IMG/VR virus record: IMGVR_UViG_3300045988_132430
Location: 1-63,469 of that record
DNA: 63,469 nucleotides
From: a virus
Reading direction: 5' to 3' (one strand)
Every line of letters starts with the position of its first letter. The stretch's first letter is position 1. The notes under the pieces were generated by a model, which was given only the letters and a program-made list of their open reading frames with translations, had not been told where the DNA came from and did no database searches. The translations under genes were made by a program, and so were the position numbers. Below, piece by piece: positions 25,413 to 34,218 of this stretch.

Positions 25413-25747
25413 ATACTTATTACTTTAATTGTGTTTTCGCCATCATCAGCAAGAACGAGGTCTGCTGATATTCCTGCGTCATTGGCTATCGCTTGAATAG
25501 CTTTATCAATCTTGGTGACAGCATACGATTGCGAAATACCTCCGATATTTTCGCTTTCAAGAACTCGCAATTTCGATAAGCATAACATCGAAGCAAGTGC
25601 AACACACTTCTTTCCCTTTAAGGAATAGGTGTCTTCGGGGTTACATTCTCCGAAGCGTTCTCCTGCATCTATCAATGCTTTATCCAAGCTATCATCAGAC
25701 ACACTATAAGGTTCAATAGTGGCTGCAACTGCTTCTCTGTTATTCAT
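25409..25747 (-). CDS. Head-tail connector (gp6-like) protein
   Basis: 112 aa, first gene after the major capsid gene. Confidence 0.45.
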   Translation of the reverse strand: MNNREAVAATIEPYSVSDDSLDKALIDAGERFGECNPEDTYSLKGKKCVALASMLCLSKLRVLESENIGGISQSYAVTKIDKAIQAIANDAGISADLVLADDGENTIKVISI

Positions 25748-25780
25748 AACTCAACAAAAAATATTCTATGTAGTTTCTAC

Positions 25781-26890
25781 TTAATTATCTTCTGTTACTT
25801 CACCCGTTTTGTCTGTTTCAAGAATGTAGTAGTTATTCTTGCCAGTAAACACAGGGTGCGCCCACATCTCATAATCAATAAAACGTCCCTTCTCATTACG
25901 CCACATACCAACTTGGTTGTTGTCGTATGTTGAGTAAGTCTTGTTGGGTAGGGGGTCAACCGATTCAAGAGTGTCAGCAACTTTCAGCACCGCAACTGTA
26001 TCAGCGCACTGGAATACAACGCGGTCATCCTTCGTCATGTTCGTTGATGTACCATCAGCAAGAATGCAGTAACGCTCCTTCTCAATGGTGATAGTCGGTA
26101 AAAGAATTGATTCGAGATACTGGTTTACTTCGTTATAAGATACACGTGCAGCTGATACATCAACCTTGCCAAGTTTCAATTTGAACACATCACGCAACTG
26201 CTTTGATTTGCACATCTTGCGGAAGGTACGCACACTCATACGCATCTTCAAGACAGTCTTACCGATTGAACCAAGGTAGTCCACAATCTCTTGAATATCG
26301 TCAAGAGGTGTAGAATTTTCGTTACCCCATGCAGCAACTTTGGCATGGAACTTCTTGATACCAAGTTTGTAGGTGTAAGATACACCAGACTTCGTGTTGT
26401 TACCGCTGTTTACAGTCTGTGTGCCGTTGAATAAGCCCTCATAGTAGAGCATATCAATACGCTTATGAGGAGCGATTACAGCCTTCTCGAACGGGTCAAA
26501 GAGGAACTTAACCAACTTAGCATACTCTACGTTACGCTGCTCCTGCGAGAACGAATACTGCTTATCTCGGTATCGTCTTTCGAGGAAATAGTATTGGTCA
26601 AGTCTATCGTTATCCATCTGCCACTCATCGGCAATACGGCTCAGTGAACCAATCAACTGCTTTGCAGTTGGCATCTGATGAGTAGGTTTTTCACCATTCT
26701 TGTCAATAACTGAACCAACCATTGCTGCTGCATATTCTGCAATATAAGCGTTATAAACCTTAGATGCGCAATATTCGGGTGAAGGCATCTCGCTCTTCCA
26801 CTCGGCAACATAGGTTGAGTTCTTCATCTGCTCTTGAATGAAAGCATCAAAACGCTTCGGCTTTTCAAGCTCTTTGATTAAAGAATCCAT
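25781..26890 (-). CDS. Major capsid protein (lambda gpE-like size and position)
   Basis: 369 aa, preceded by scaffold-like and decoration-like genes. Confidence 0.7.
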   Translation of the reverse strand: MDSLIKELEKPKRFDAFIQEQMKNSTYVAEWKSEMPSPEYCASKVYNAYIAEYAAAMVGSVIDKNGEKPTHQMPTAKQLIGSLSRIADEWQMDNDRLDQYYFLERRYRDKQYSFSQEQRNVEYAKLVKFLFDPFEKAVIAPHKRIDMLYYEGLFNGTQTVNSGNNTKSGVSYTYKLGIKKFHAKVAAWGNENSTPLDDIQEIVDYLGSIGKTVLKMRMSVRTFRKMCKSKQLRDVFKLKLGKVDVSAARVSYNEVNQYLESILLPTITIEKERYCILADGTSTNMTKDDRVVFQCADTVAVLKVADTLESVDPLPNKTYSTYDNNQVGMWRNEKGRFIDYEMWAHPVFTGKNNYYILETDKTGEVTEDN

Positions 26891-26916
26891 ATTTGTTAAT
26901 GTTTTTATGTTAGTAC

Positions 26917-27459
26917 TTAAAGCTTAAACGCATGACGCGAAGTGAGTGCAGTTTTGATTGCGTCATTGAGGTAGTAAGGCAACGTTTCTTCCTCAATTTC
27001 GTATGCTTGTAGGGTGGGGGTGCAGCTCTGCATACCATCCAATTCCACTGTTGCGTAATTAAGACCTAAGACATTGCTTGCATTACCATCATCAAGGACT
27101 GCTCCCTTATCGGCTTTTTCCGCAAGATCTGCGATTGTGAATTTGTCAAAGTTTTCATTGCTTGAGTCAATAGCACTAATTGCAGAACCTGCAATGGTAT
27201 CACCAACAACAAAGCAATGTTTCTTGTCAACCTTGATTTCCGTAGCCGATTTAGTTGCGTTCTCGTACACCTTCGCAGTTTTGCACAACACAACCTTTCC
27301 GTTTGAATTAAGCGCAAGGGGAGCACCCTTAGACAACCATTTCAATGTTGCAGGCAATTTAGATTGGTCAATAGTAAAACCGCTCTGTCTACGCACGCAA
27401 GACTTTTCATCCCAAACACCTTCAGGAATATTCGAAGGGATTGTTTCTTTGTAAATCAT
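26917..27459 (-). CDS. Putative head decoration / auxiliary capsid protein
   Basis: 180 aa, between the scaffold-like gene and the major capsid gene. Confidence 0.35.
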   Translation of the reverse strand: MIYKETIPSNIPEGVWDEKSCVRRQSGFTIDQSKLPATLKWLSKGAPLALNSNGKVVLCKTAKVYENATKSATEIKVDKKHCFVVGDTIAGSAISAIDSSNENFDKFTIADLAEKADKGAVLDDGNASNVLGLNYATVELDGMQSCTPTLQAYEIEEETLPYYLNDAIKTALTSRHAFKL

Positions 27460-27482
27460 CTTGTTTCTTTTTTATTAGTTAC

Positions 27483-28121
27483 TTATTCAGACTTAGGGGC
27501 AAGAGCCTTCTGTGCCGATTGCATTTTCTTAAGAAAATCATCATCAGAATCTGCGCTACCATTACCGATAGGGGGAATATCAGAAATACCATACGCTGAG
27601 AGAATCTCTTTACGCTCTTCCGCATAGTCTTGTTCAATCTGAGAAGCAAGATTGTCTGCATCTTCCTCTTTTTCAAGTTTGTAGCGTCCAACGAATTTGC
27701 TCGGAATGTTCTTTAGCTTACTATGTGCAGACAAAATACCAGCAAGTCGTTTGTTTTGTTCAGCTTCCTTGTATGGCTTTAGCGCATCAGCAATACCAGT
27801 TTTGAGCATTTCTTCAACTTGTTCTTTTGTCAACATTCCTTCTGGCTTGTTTGGTTCGGGTTTGTTTGGCTCTGGCTTGTTTGGCTCTGGCTTAACATAA
27901 CCTTCGTACTTCTTTTCAACGGCAGATGCACAACGATTACTGAACTTTTGCATGAAACTTACATAGACCGATGCACCGCTTGCAGCGTTGTTGATATCGT
28001 CCTCTGTAGAGTCTTCAGTGAGATTTTGACCGACAATATCAGCCAACTCCTCGAGTTCTTTTTGGTTGAAACCCTTGTCATGATACAAGGTTTTTAACGC
28101 GTTAATCAGTTTCTTCTTCAT
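27483..28121 (-). CDS. Putative scaffolding protein
   Basis: 212 aa, helical and charged, with a KPEPN x 3 tandem repeat. Confidence 0.45.
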   Translation of the reverse strand: MKKKLINALKTLYHDKGFNQKELEELADIVGQNLTEDSTEDDINNAASGASVYVSFMQKFSNRCASAVEKKYEGYVKPEPNKPEPNKPEPNKPEGMLTKEQVEEMLKTGIADALKPYKEAEQNKRLAGILSAHSKLKNIPSKFVGRYKLEKEEDADNLASQIEQDYAEERKEILSAYGISDIPPIGNGSADSDDDFLKKMQSAQKALAPKSE

Positions 28122-28186
28122 TAGATTTTTTATTTATAGATAATCACAAATGTAGATAGTTATGTTTGTTGGCTTTAATATAGAAT

Positions 28187-28546
28187 TTAGAAATTCGCAT
28201 TTTTCTTAGCTTTTTCCTTGTTTTGATATCTTATTAGCAGTTTCTTGACCTTGTTTGCTGAATAGGCATTTGAATTGTTTATCCTATATATGTGCATTCC
28301 CAACCTACGCAAGCACGCACTTCTGTTGCTGTCAAGTCGCTTTTGGTTATCCGTAAAATGGTATTTCCCATCTACTTCAATAGCAAGTTTGAGCGTAGGT
28401 ATGTATATATCTATATAAAAGCACTTTCTTGCTGTTCTAACTGGGTACTGTCTTATAAATTGCACATTCAATGCGCTTAGTATTCTACACACAGACTTTT
28501 CAGCTGAGGTCGATTTGTTTAGTAGTTCATTTCTGTAGTTTGCCAT
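28187..28546 (-). CDS. DUF559 / Vsr-like endonuclease-fold protein
   Basis: SAEKSVCRILSALNVQFIRQYPV...YIDIYIPTLKLAIEVDGKYHF fits the DUF559 pattern. Confidence 0.55.
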   Translation of the reverse strand: MANYRNELLNKSTSAEKSVCRILSALNVQFIRQYPVRTARKCFYIDIYIPTLKLAIEVDGKYHFTDNQKRLDSNRSACLRRLGMHIYRINNSNAYSANKVKKLLIRYQNKEKAKKNANF

Positions 28547-28667
28547 AGAATTTTCGTTATTTCTGAGAAATCGTGATTTTTCTTCGTTTTTGAGAAAATG
28601 CTCCTAATTCGTTGGTTTTCAAGCAAAAATACAAGGAATTTATGAGATGACAAATTTAAATAATTCC

Positions 28668-28746
28668 TAAAATATTACTTTTTAGTGATTTATTCTTTGT
28701 TATATTACTTTTTAGTTATATCTTTGCAACGCAATTAAGAAATAAA
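28668..28746 (+). repeat. 79-bp perfect inverted copy of the switch promoter/operator region (partner 58752-58830)
   Basis: Position x pairs with 87498-x over all 79 bp. It contains ATATTACTTTTTAGT x 2 and TATCTTTG. Confidence 0.95.
28719..28726 (+). promoter_or_regulatory. -7 box TATCTTTG driving the plus-strand island
   Basis: Lies inside the 79-bp repeat, 49 nt upstream of the ATG at 28775. Confidence 0.55.
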
Positions 28747-28774
28747 TTTAGAAACAATTTAAAACAAAACAACA

Positions 28775-28975
28775 ATGAAATATTGTACTTGGAAAGAAAC
28801 TGGCAAGAGTTGGATTCTTGATGAATATGGTTTCTATATTAACCCTTATAATGGTCGCGAAGAATGCTACATGGGTGAAGAATTGTTCAAGGTATCTTAC
28901 AGAGAGCCGATAAAGAGTCAGATAATAATACGGGATTTTGATGATGTATACGACACAATAGAAAAGTATCAATAA
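28775..28975 (+). CDS. Hypothetical small protein (island gene 1)
   Basis: 66-aa ORF. Confidence 0.5.
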   Translation: MKYCTWKETGKSWILDEYGFYINPYNGREECYMGEELFKVSYREPIKSQIIIRDFDDVYDTIEKYQ

Positions 28976-28977
28976 AA

Positions 28978-29021
28978 GGGTAACCTTGGTGGCTCGGGTG
29001 GTTCGATTCCACCTTACTCAC
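28978..29021 (+). other. tRNA-like minihelix (T-arm plus acceptor-like stem only)
   Basis: GGTGG-TTCGATT-CCACC (28997-29013). GGGTAA (28978-83) can pair with TTACTC (29014-19). No D arm or anticodon arm is present. Confidence 0.4.
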
Positions 29022-29318
29022 ACACATGTACATGAATTGGTTACGGGATATTCTTTTCAGGTTTCTTCGCGACATTCCAACTGTAAAAAAATGGGCAGGA
29101 AGCAAACAGGGTAGACCACACCGACGTGGTGCGAGACAACGCAAAATCCGAGACAACGTAACCGCCCCATATCGTTATTGGGTTGAGCAAAACAACTAAA
29201 AAGCCGATAGGAATGTGCAACGTATACCGCACATGAGTTCTTCAATGGTTGGGCGATAACCTAAAGCGCATTTTTTACTTTGACAATAAACATAACAACA
29301 ATATAAAACCATACTACA

Positions 29319-30203
29319 ATGGATAATAAATTTTTCGACTTCGACAAAGCAAAGGTGCAGACAATCACACTCGAACAACTTGCACGCACACACAAAGAAA
29401 ATGATGTGTACAATCAACCTTTGAAAGGTATCTATCACTTTGAATTATTCCACAAGGTGATTGAAATGTGCAACGAACAACACTTTAATGTGGAGGTTTA
29501 CGACCTCTTTGCTGCACAGAATAAAGACCGCGCTCAGCCTGGAGTTGTGCTCCTTCCACAAGTTGAAGCCCAGTACGGAGATAAGGCTGTAGAAGCACAT
29601 ATCTTGCGTAGAGTGTTCGCAAATATTCGTATCACGGATTTTGACGATGACGAGAATACGACTAACCTTGCTGTTGCGTTCCATCAAAGAGGTATTCAAG
29701 CAGGGTTTGGTAACATGGTTAAGATATGCCACAACCAATGTATGCTCAATGCTGAGAGCTATATTTCTACGTATGCTGAGAAGGGTACTGGTCGCGGAGA
29801 TAAAGTTACTATTCAAGATGTTCTTGATGTTATCAAGTCGTGGCTCGTTGACGCTCGACACCTCATTGTAAAAGACCGCGAGCGCATGGAACGAATGAAA
29901 GCCATCGAACTTTCTGCAGAGCAAGTCTTTCAGCTGATTGGCATGCTTACAACTATACGCGTTAAATGCGATACAAATAACAAGGCTATCAAGTCTCCTT
30001 GCGTTTATCCGCTTAATCAAGCGCAAATTTCACGCTTTACAGAGCTGCTGCTGTTAAACTATCATGAAACGGGTAAAACTACCGTATGGAGCGTGTATAA
30101 CGCAGCAACGGAACTCTATAAAGCTGATAGCATGGAAATCCCTTCCCTGCTTACACAGAACAGAGCGATGGTTAATTTCTTAGCTGAACAATACAATATC
30201 TAA
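29319..30203 (+). CDS. DUF932/DUF945-like protein (family common in anti-restriction islands of ICEs and prophages)
   Basis: 294 aa. NLAVAFHQRGIQAGFGNMVKICHNQCML resembles the NSHDG...G.FR.VC.NG core. Confidence 0.4.
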   Translation: MDNKFFDFDKAKVQTITLEQLARTHKENDVYNQPLKGIYHFELFHKVIEMCNEQHFNVEVYDLFAAQNKDRAQPGVVLLPQVEAQYGDKAVEAHILRRVFANIRITDFDDDENTTNLAVAFHQRGIQAGFGNMVKICHNQCMLNAESYISTYAEKGTGRGDKVTIQDVLDVIKSWLVDARHLIVKDRERMERMKAIELSAEQVFQLIGMLTTIRVKCDTNNKAIKSPCVYPLNQAQISRFTELLLLNYHETGKTTVWSVYNAATELYKADSMEIPSLLTQNRAMVNFLAEQYNI

Positions 30204-30256
30204 AACAACAATGCAAGGGGAGCGCAAAAACTCTCCTTGCTAAAAACGAAACAACA

Positions 30257-30826
30257 ATGTACAACAATAAAGATTATCAATACGCAATTAAATGCGGTTT
30301 AGACGTGCGTTTCGCCAAGAGTTATGCAATCACTAAACGCGAGAATCCAGATGCTATAAAAAGCGTAGAAACGACTCAAGGCACGCTCATTTATTTCGTT
30401 GACTGGATTTGCACCGATGGCAGCGTGGTTATGCTCAATCCTAAGACAACATCATTGTATCACGAATTGAGATACGACACACATCCTGACGTTGATAAAT
30501 ATGGCGTATTCTTTGCTTTTAATCAAGAACAATTCGATGAAGGGTACAACCATCTTGTAGAACTCGGTTTTATATCAAATGGCGACAAAATCTCCATGGG
30601 CAATTGTGGTGTTTACGGAACACCCGAATCTATTAAAGCTTTCCTTGATTTTTACGAAAATAGGGATAAGGAAATACCAACTAAATGCGACCCACAAGAA
30701 GCTTACTTCTTTGAGTACAACAACTATGAGAGCATGATTGCTTGGGATGGAGATAAAGACGCGTATAACACAATAGTTGAATTGTGGGGTGAAGATGTTG
30801 CAAAAACAATCATACGAATTTACTAA
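30257..30826 (+). CDS. Hypothetical acidic protein (island)
   Basis: 189-aa ORF. Confidence 0.6.
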   Translation: MYNNKDYQYAIKCGLDVRFAKSYAITKRENPDAIKSVETTQGTLIYFVDWICTDGSVVMLNPKTTSLYHELRYDTHPDVDKYGVFFAFNQEQFDEGYNHLVELGFISNGDKISMGNCGVYGTPESIKAFLDFYENRDKEIPTKCDPQEAYFFEYNNYESMIAWDGDKDAYNTIVELWGEDVAKTIIRIY

Positions 30827-30838
30827 TACACAACAGCA

Positions 30839-31243
30839 ATGAAAATAACAGTAGACATTCCGAAGAATGATTACGTACAACATACAGAAGTACGACAAGA
30901 AGTAGTTCAATACATTTGTGAAGCGTTCCTCAGTAATAATATATGGAATATATTCCACCCAGAAAGCCAAGGCGAATATTGGAGTAGAACTCTATACGTT
31001 ATGGTATCTAAACGAAGTAGAAAGGCATACGGATTTGGAGGAAGTAAGCCATTTACTGTCTATGACGAAAGTATACGATTTTATGGCTGCGAAATGAAAG
31101 CAGCTTTTAAAGCTCTTCGTGAAGCTGGGTATCACATGTACCGTGTTTATGGATATAATTCTTGGATGGGCTATGTTTGCAACAGAAAGCCTTTTAATCA
31201 AGACGGAGAGGAAGTAACAACATTCGATGACTTTATTGATTAG
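30839..31243 (+). CDS. Hypothetical protein (island)
   Basis: 134-aa ORF. Confidence 0.6.
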   Translation: MKITVDIPKNDYVQHTEVRQEVVQYICEAFLSNNIWNIFHPESQGEYWSRTLYVMVSKRSRKAYGFGGSKPFTVYDESIRFYGCEMKAAFKALREAGYHMYRVYGYNSWMGYVCNRKPFNQDGEEVTTFDDFID

Positions 31244-31249
31244 CACGAT

Positions 31250-31480
31250 ATGAAAGCAAAAGACATGTTATTAGAGCTAAACAGAGGTTCGATATTTAAT
31301 GGAAACGCATTCTTGCGCGAAAAAAATTTAGGCAAGCGTCTAACTATCTTGAAGGGCAAACTTATCCCCAGTGCTCTGTATTATAGCTCATTCAATATGG
31401 CTGCACTTATTGATGAGCCTGATGTAATACTTACCTTATGCACAAACGAGAAACAGTTTCTTTGGAAAATTGAGATATGA
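31250..31480 (+). CDS. Hypothetical protein (island)
   Basis: 76-aa ORF. Confidence 0.5.
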   Translation: MKAKDMLLELNRGSIFNGNAFLREKNLGKRLTILKGKLIPSALYYSSFNMAALIDEPDVILTLCTNEKQFLWKIEI

Positions 31481-31530
31481 ATACTTGTGTAATGTTGTAA
31501 TATTTCATATTTTTGCAAAAAGTTCAATCT

Positions 31531-31761
31531 ATGAGAGGTGTTTCATATTGTGCAATAGCTTATGCACATTCAATAGGGTTCGATACTGCTATGCAGGTTG
31601 GAACATTTAATGGTTGTCCGCTATATATTTGCAAATTGCTTCATGTAAAAGAAGAGCCTTGCATCGGATTACCACAATACGTTATTGTAAAAAATAAAGA
31701 AGCTATTCCACTTACGTTGGAAGAAACTATGATTATTTTAAGAGCAAAGCGCAAAATATAA
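31531..31761 (+). CDS. Hypothetical protein (island; ATG start chosen inside tracked ORF 31513-)
   Basis: 76 aa from MRGVSY. A TATTTTTG box lies at 31508-31515. Confidence 0.5.
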   Translation: MRGVSYCAIAYAHSIGFDTAMQVGTFNGCPLYICKLLHVKEEPCIGLPQYVIVKNKEAIPLTLEETMIILRAKRKI

Positions 31762-31795
31762 ATTTTTTATTATTATCTTTGCAACAGATTTAGAA

Positions 31796-31859
31796 AAGGT
31801 GATATGATTCCTAATGTCGATATATTGAGCGACGCTGGACATATCACCTTCATTTTTTT
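31796..31859. terminator. Bidirectional terminator between the plus-strand island and the convergent MuF gene
   Basis: 11-bp stem AAGGTGATATG/CATATCACCTT (31796-31806 and 31840-31850) with an inner GTCG/CGAC stem. It is followed by CATTTTTTT on the plus strand and TTTT on the minus strand. Confidence 0.6.
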
Positions 31860-34215
31860 ACTTTAACCGAATGTTATAAGGTATTTCGATTCCATTTTTG
31901 TAGACTTCTGTTTTAATCAACCATACCTCATCATTCTTTTGTAATTCATATTCGTTATAATGAGTTACACCACGTTTCCTTTTTCTTTCAAGGTTTCGTA
32001 AATCAATTTTATTGTTTACATCTTTTACTTCACCAAATATAGACCTTCTACAGAATAGCATTTCTTTCGGATGGGTTACTACATATTTAAACATATCCAC
32101 TTCTTCTTTATTTTTAGCATGAACAATACTTCTTTTCAGAGAACTCTTGCTGTATTTCAATTCACCATCATGTAACTTTTGAATTGTATTGATTTCCAGA
32201 ATTTCAGACATAGCCTTATTTCTGTATTCTATTATCTTCTTTGAAAGATTTACCCTCGTACCAATAATTGAACTTTTATCACGGCTCAAAACAGCCTCAG
32301 TACCTGCCGTTTGTTCTTTCGGAGGTTTTGTCATAAAACTCTTTTTGTCAATAGGTCTTACAACTTTCCAGTTTTTAATATCGAACACAAGATTGTCTAC
32401 ACGATACGCACGCACACCCTTGATTTTCTTTGCATATTCCTTGTCAAAGAAGTTGCGCTCCCCAGTTTGTGGGTCATACCAAAGTGCTGTACCATCTGCT
32501 TTACGCTCCATTGTTACGATGTGTCCATACTTCTCACCTTTCCAACCAAAGGATACATGATAACGACCAACTTCTTTTGTATGTTCGTTTATTTGTTGAA
32601 TGGTCTCTTTGTATGGTAAACCAATAATATTACCACTCTTAGAGATTTTATATGCAAATCTTTCGGGTGTAGCAATACGTTTGCCATCATCATTTCGCCA
32701 ACATAGCCATGTGCAGTGAGATAAAATTTCGGGGTCATCTCCCATTCTCCAGTTAGGTTGAGCAGTTACATCAAACCCACGCATTCTCAATTCATGAGCA
32801 ACAACAGAAGATTGGCAATTTACGCGAAACGCTGTAATACCGCTCTTGTAATCAATATTCCCTTTTCCTTGGTTAGCTTCTTCAAAGTCCATTGAAATAC
32901 CACGTTTGATTTCCATTTTGTTTTCAATATCCTTGAAATTTTGTTGCTGAGCAAGTGAATATTTTCTTTCGTCCCAACGTGTAAGTATGTTTTCTATTTG
33001 CTTATCAGTTCTTGCTTCGTGACGAGTCTTTGCTGCAGCAAGTATTTTCTCACGGCTTGACATTGGTTCAGTTGCTTGCTTCTCCTCCCATCCGAGCAAA
33101 TCACCAACGACACGTTCGTTATCCTTCACAAAGTAAGGCAGTTTCCCTTTTTCACGTGCCAGTGCTAATTTCTTAGCATTGCGCTCGCACCATTTTGAGA
33201 ACTTCTCAGGCACGTTTTGTACAAGGTTGGGGGATTTGTAAGCCTTGTATTCTTTTTCGGGCAGAGAGCGCAAGTATTTCCATTCTTCGCTATCTCTATC
33301 AATTAGAATTGACGAAGCAGAACACATGCAACGTGGATGCCATCCGCGCCACATAAAATCTTTTGGGTAGTCACCTGCAAGCTCGTCACATATATCCTCC
33401 TCTGGATGATTGCCCGATAAGCGAATACGTATACCAAGCACAAACGGCTCACTACTCCACCTTTCACAATTAGCGAAGTTGTACGCCATGTTTGTTTCGG
33501 TAATGGTCAGGCGCAAGGCATTTTGACGTGCTGAGCGATAAACTCCAGTACCAACCTTTGCCAAGTCTTCCTTCACGAAATGCACATTCCCATCTTCATC
33601 CACAACTCGCCTACGCCATTCTATTACATCTTTTTTCGTGCCATCTGACATGGTTTTCTTAACGTGATAGCGTCTGTACATCATATCGGGGTTATTCAAG
33701 TGCTGACGTATTTTGCGACCAAGGCTTTCTGCCGATTCTCCCTTCTTAATGCCTTTTTCTATAGCATTAGACATTGCAAGTTCAAACTCAGCTTTTGTCT
33801 GTTGTGTGTAATTCCAAACTCTATCAGACAAATTCAGTCCGTCTGTTCTATCCCTTCTGCTACGTATGAACGCATTAGCGGTCTTATCCCTCCATTCATC
33901 AACGGCTTCGCCCTGCATACGTGTATATGCTTCAAAAGCCTTTTGTTGGGTTGTTGTTGAAAGCATAACTGCACGCGTTATTCCTTGCTGAATAAGGGAT
34001 TGTAACGCTTGTTTATAAGAATCAAGTAGAGCTTGCACCCTTTCCTTTTCGGTGGGGGTGCAAGCATTTGAAATCTTATAAAATTCTTCTGGTGTAACTC
34101 GTTCCGTTGAAACGATAGTTGCCTTCGTTAACTCATCTATAATATGGTTGTATAACTTATTGAAATCGGACGAAGCTTGCAGAAGTAATTTGATGATATT
34201 CTTTTGAATTGACAT
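31858..34215 (-). CDS. MuF/SPP1 gp7-like head morphogenesis protein fused to a papain-like domain and a C-terminal extra domain (polyvalent protein)
   Basis: 785 aa. The MuF-type core includes GNHPEEDICDEL...WHPRCMCS. Residues 440-615 carry NC467QSSVVAHEL, GH565IV and WYD581P in Cys-His-Asp order. Residues 650-785 form a further basic domain. Confidence 0.7.
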   Translation of the reverse strand: MSIQKNIIKLLLQASSDFNKLYNHIIDELTKATIVSTERVTPEEFYKISNACTPTEKERVQALLDSYKQALQSLIQQGITRAVMLSTTTQQKAFEAYTRMQGEAVDEWRDKTANAFIRSRRDRTDGLNLSDRVWNYTQQTKAEFELAMSNAIEKGIKKGESAESLGRKIRQHLNNPDMMYRRYHVKKTMSDGTKKDVIEWRRRVVDEDGNVHFVKEDLAKVGTGVYRSARQNALRLTITETNMAYNFANCERWSSEPFVLGIRIRLSGNHPEEDICDELAGDYPKDFMWRGWHPRCMCSASSILIDRDSEEWKYLRSLPEKEYKAYKSPNLVQNVPEKFSKWCERNAKKLALAREKGKLPYFVKDNERVVGDLLGWEEKQATEPMSSREKILAAAKTRHEARTDKQIENILTRWDERKYSLAQQQNFKDIENKMEIKRGISMDFEEANQGKGNIDYKSGITAFRVNCQSSVVAHELRMRGFDVTAQPNWRMGDDPEILSHCTWLCWRNDDGKRIATPERFAYKISKSGNIIGLPYKETIQQINEHTKEVGRYHVSFGWKGEKYGHIVTMERKADGTALWYDPQTGERNFFDKEYAKKIKGVRAYRVDNLVFDIKNWKVVRPIDKKSFMTKPPKEQTAGTEAVLSRDKSSIIGTRVNLSKKIIEYRNKAMSEILEINTIQKLHDGELKYSKSSLKRSIVHAKNKEEVDMFKYVVTHPKEMLFCRRSIFGEVKDVNNKIDLRNLERKRKRGVTHYNEYELQKNDEVWLIKTEVYKNGIEIPYNIRLK

Positions 34216-34218
34216 ACA

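Noticed and set aside
29445-30026. A 193-aa minus-strand ORF.
   Set aside because: It is entirely antisense to the better-supported 294-aa DUF932-like ORF, which has the operon context and a promoter.
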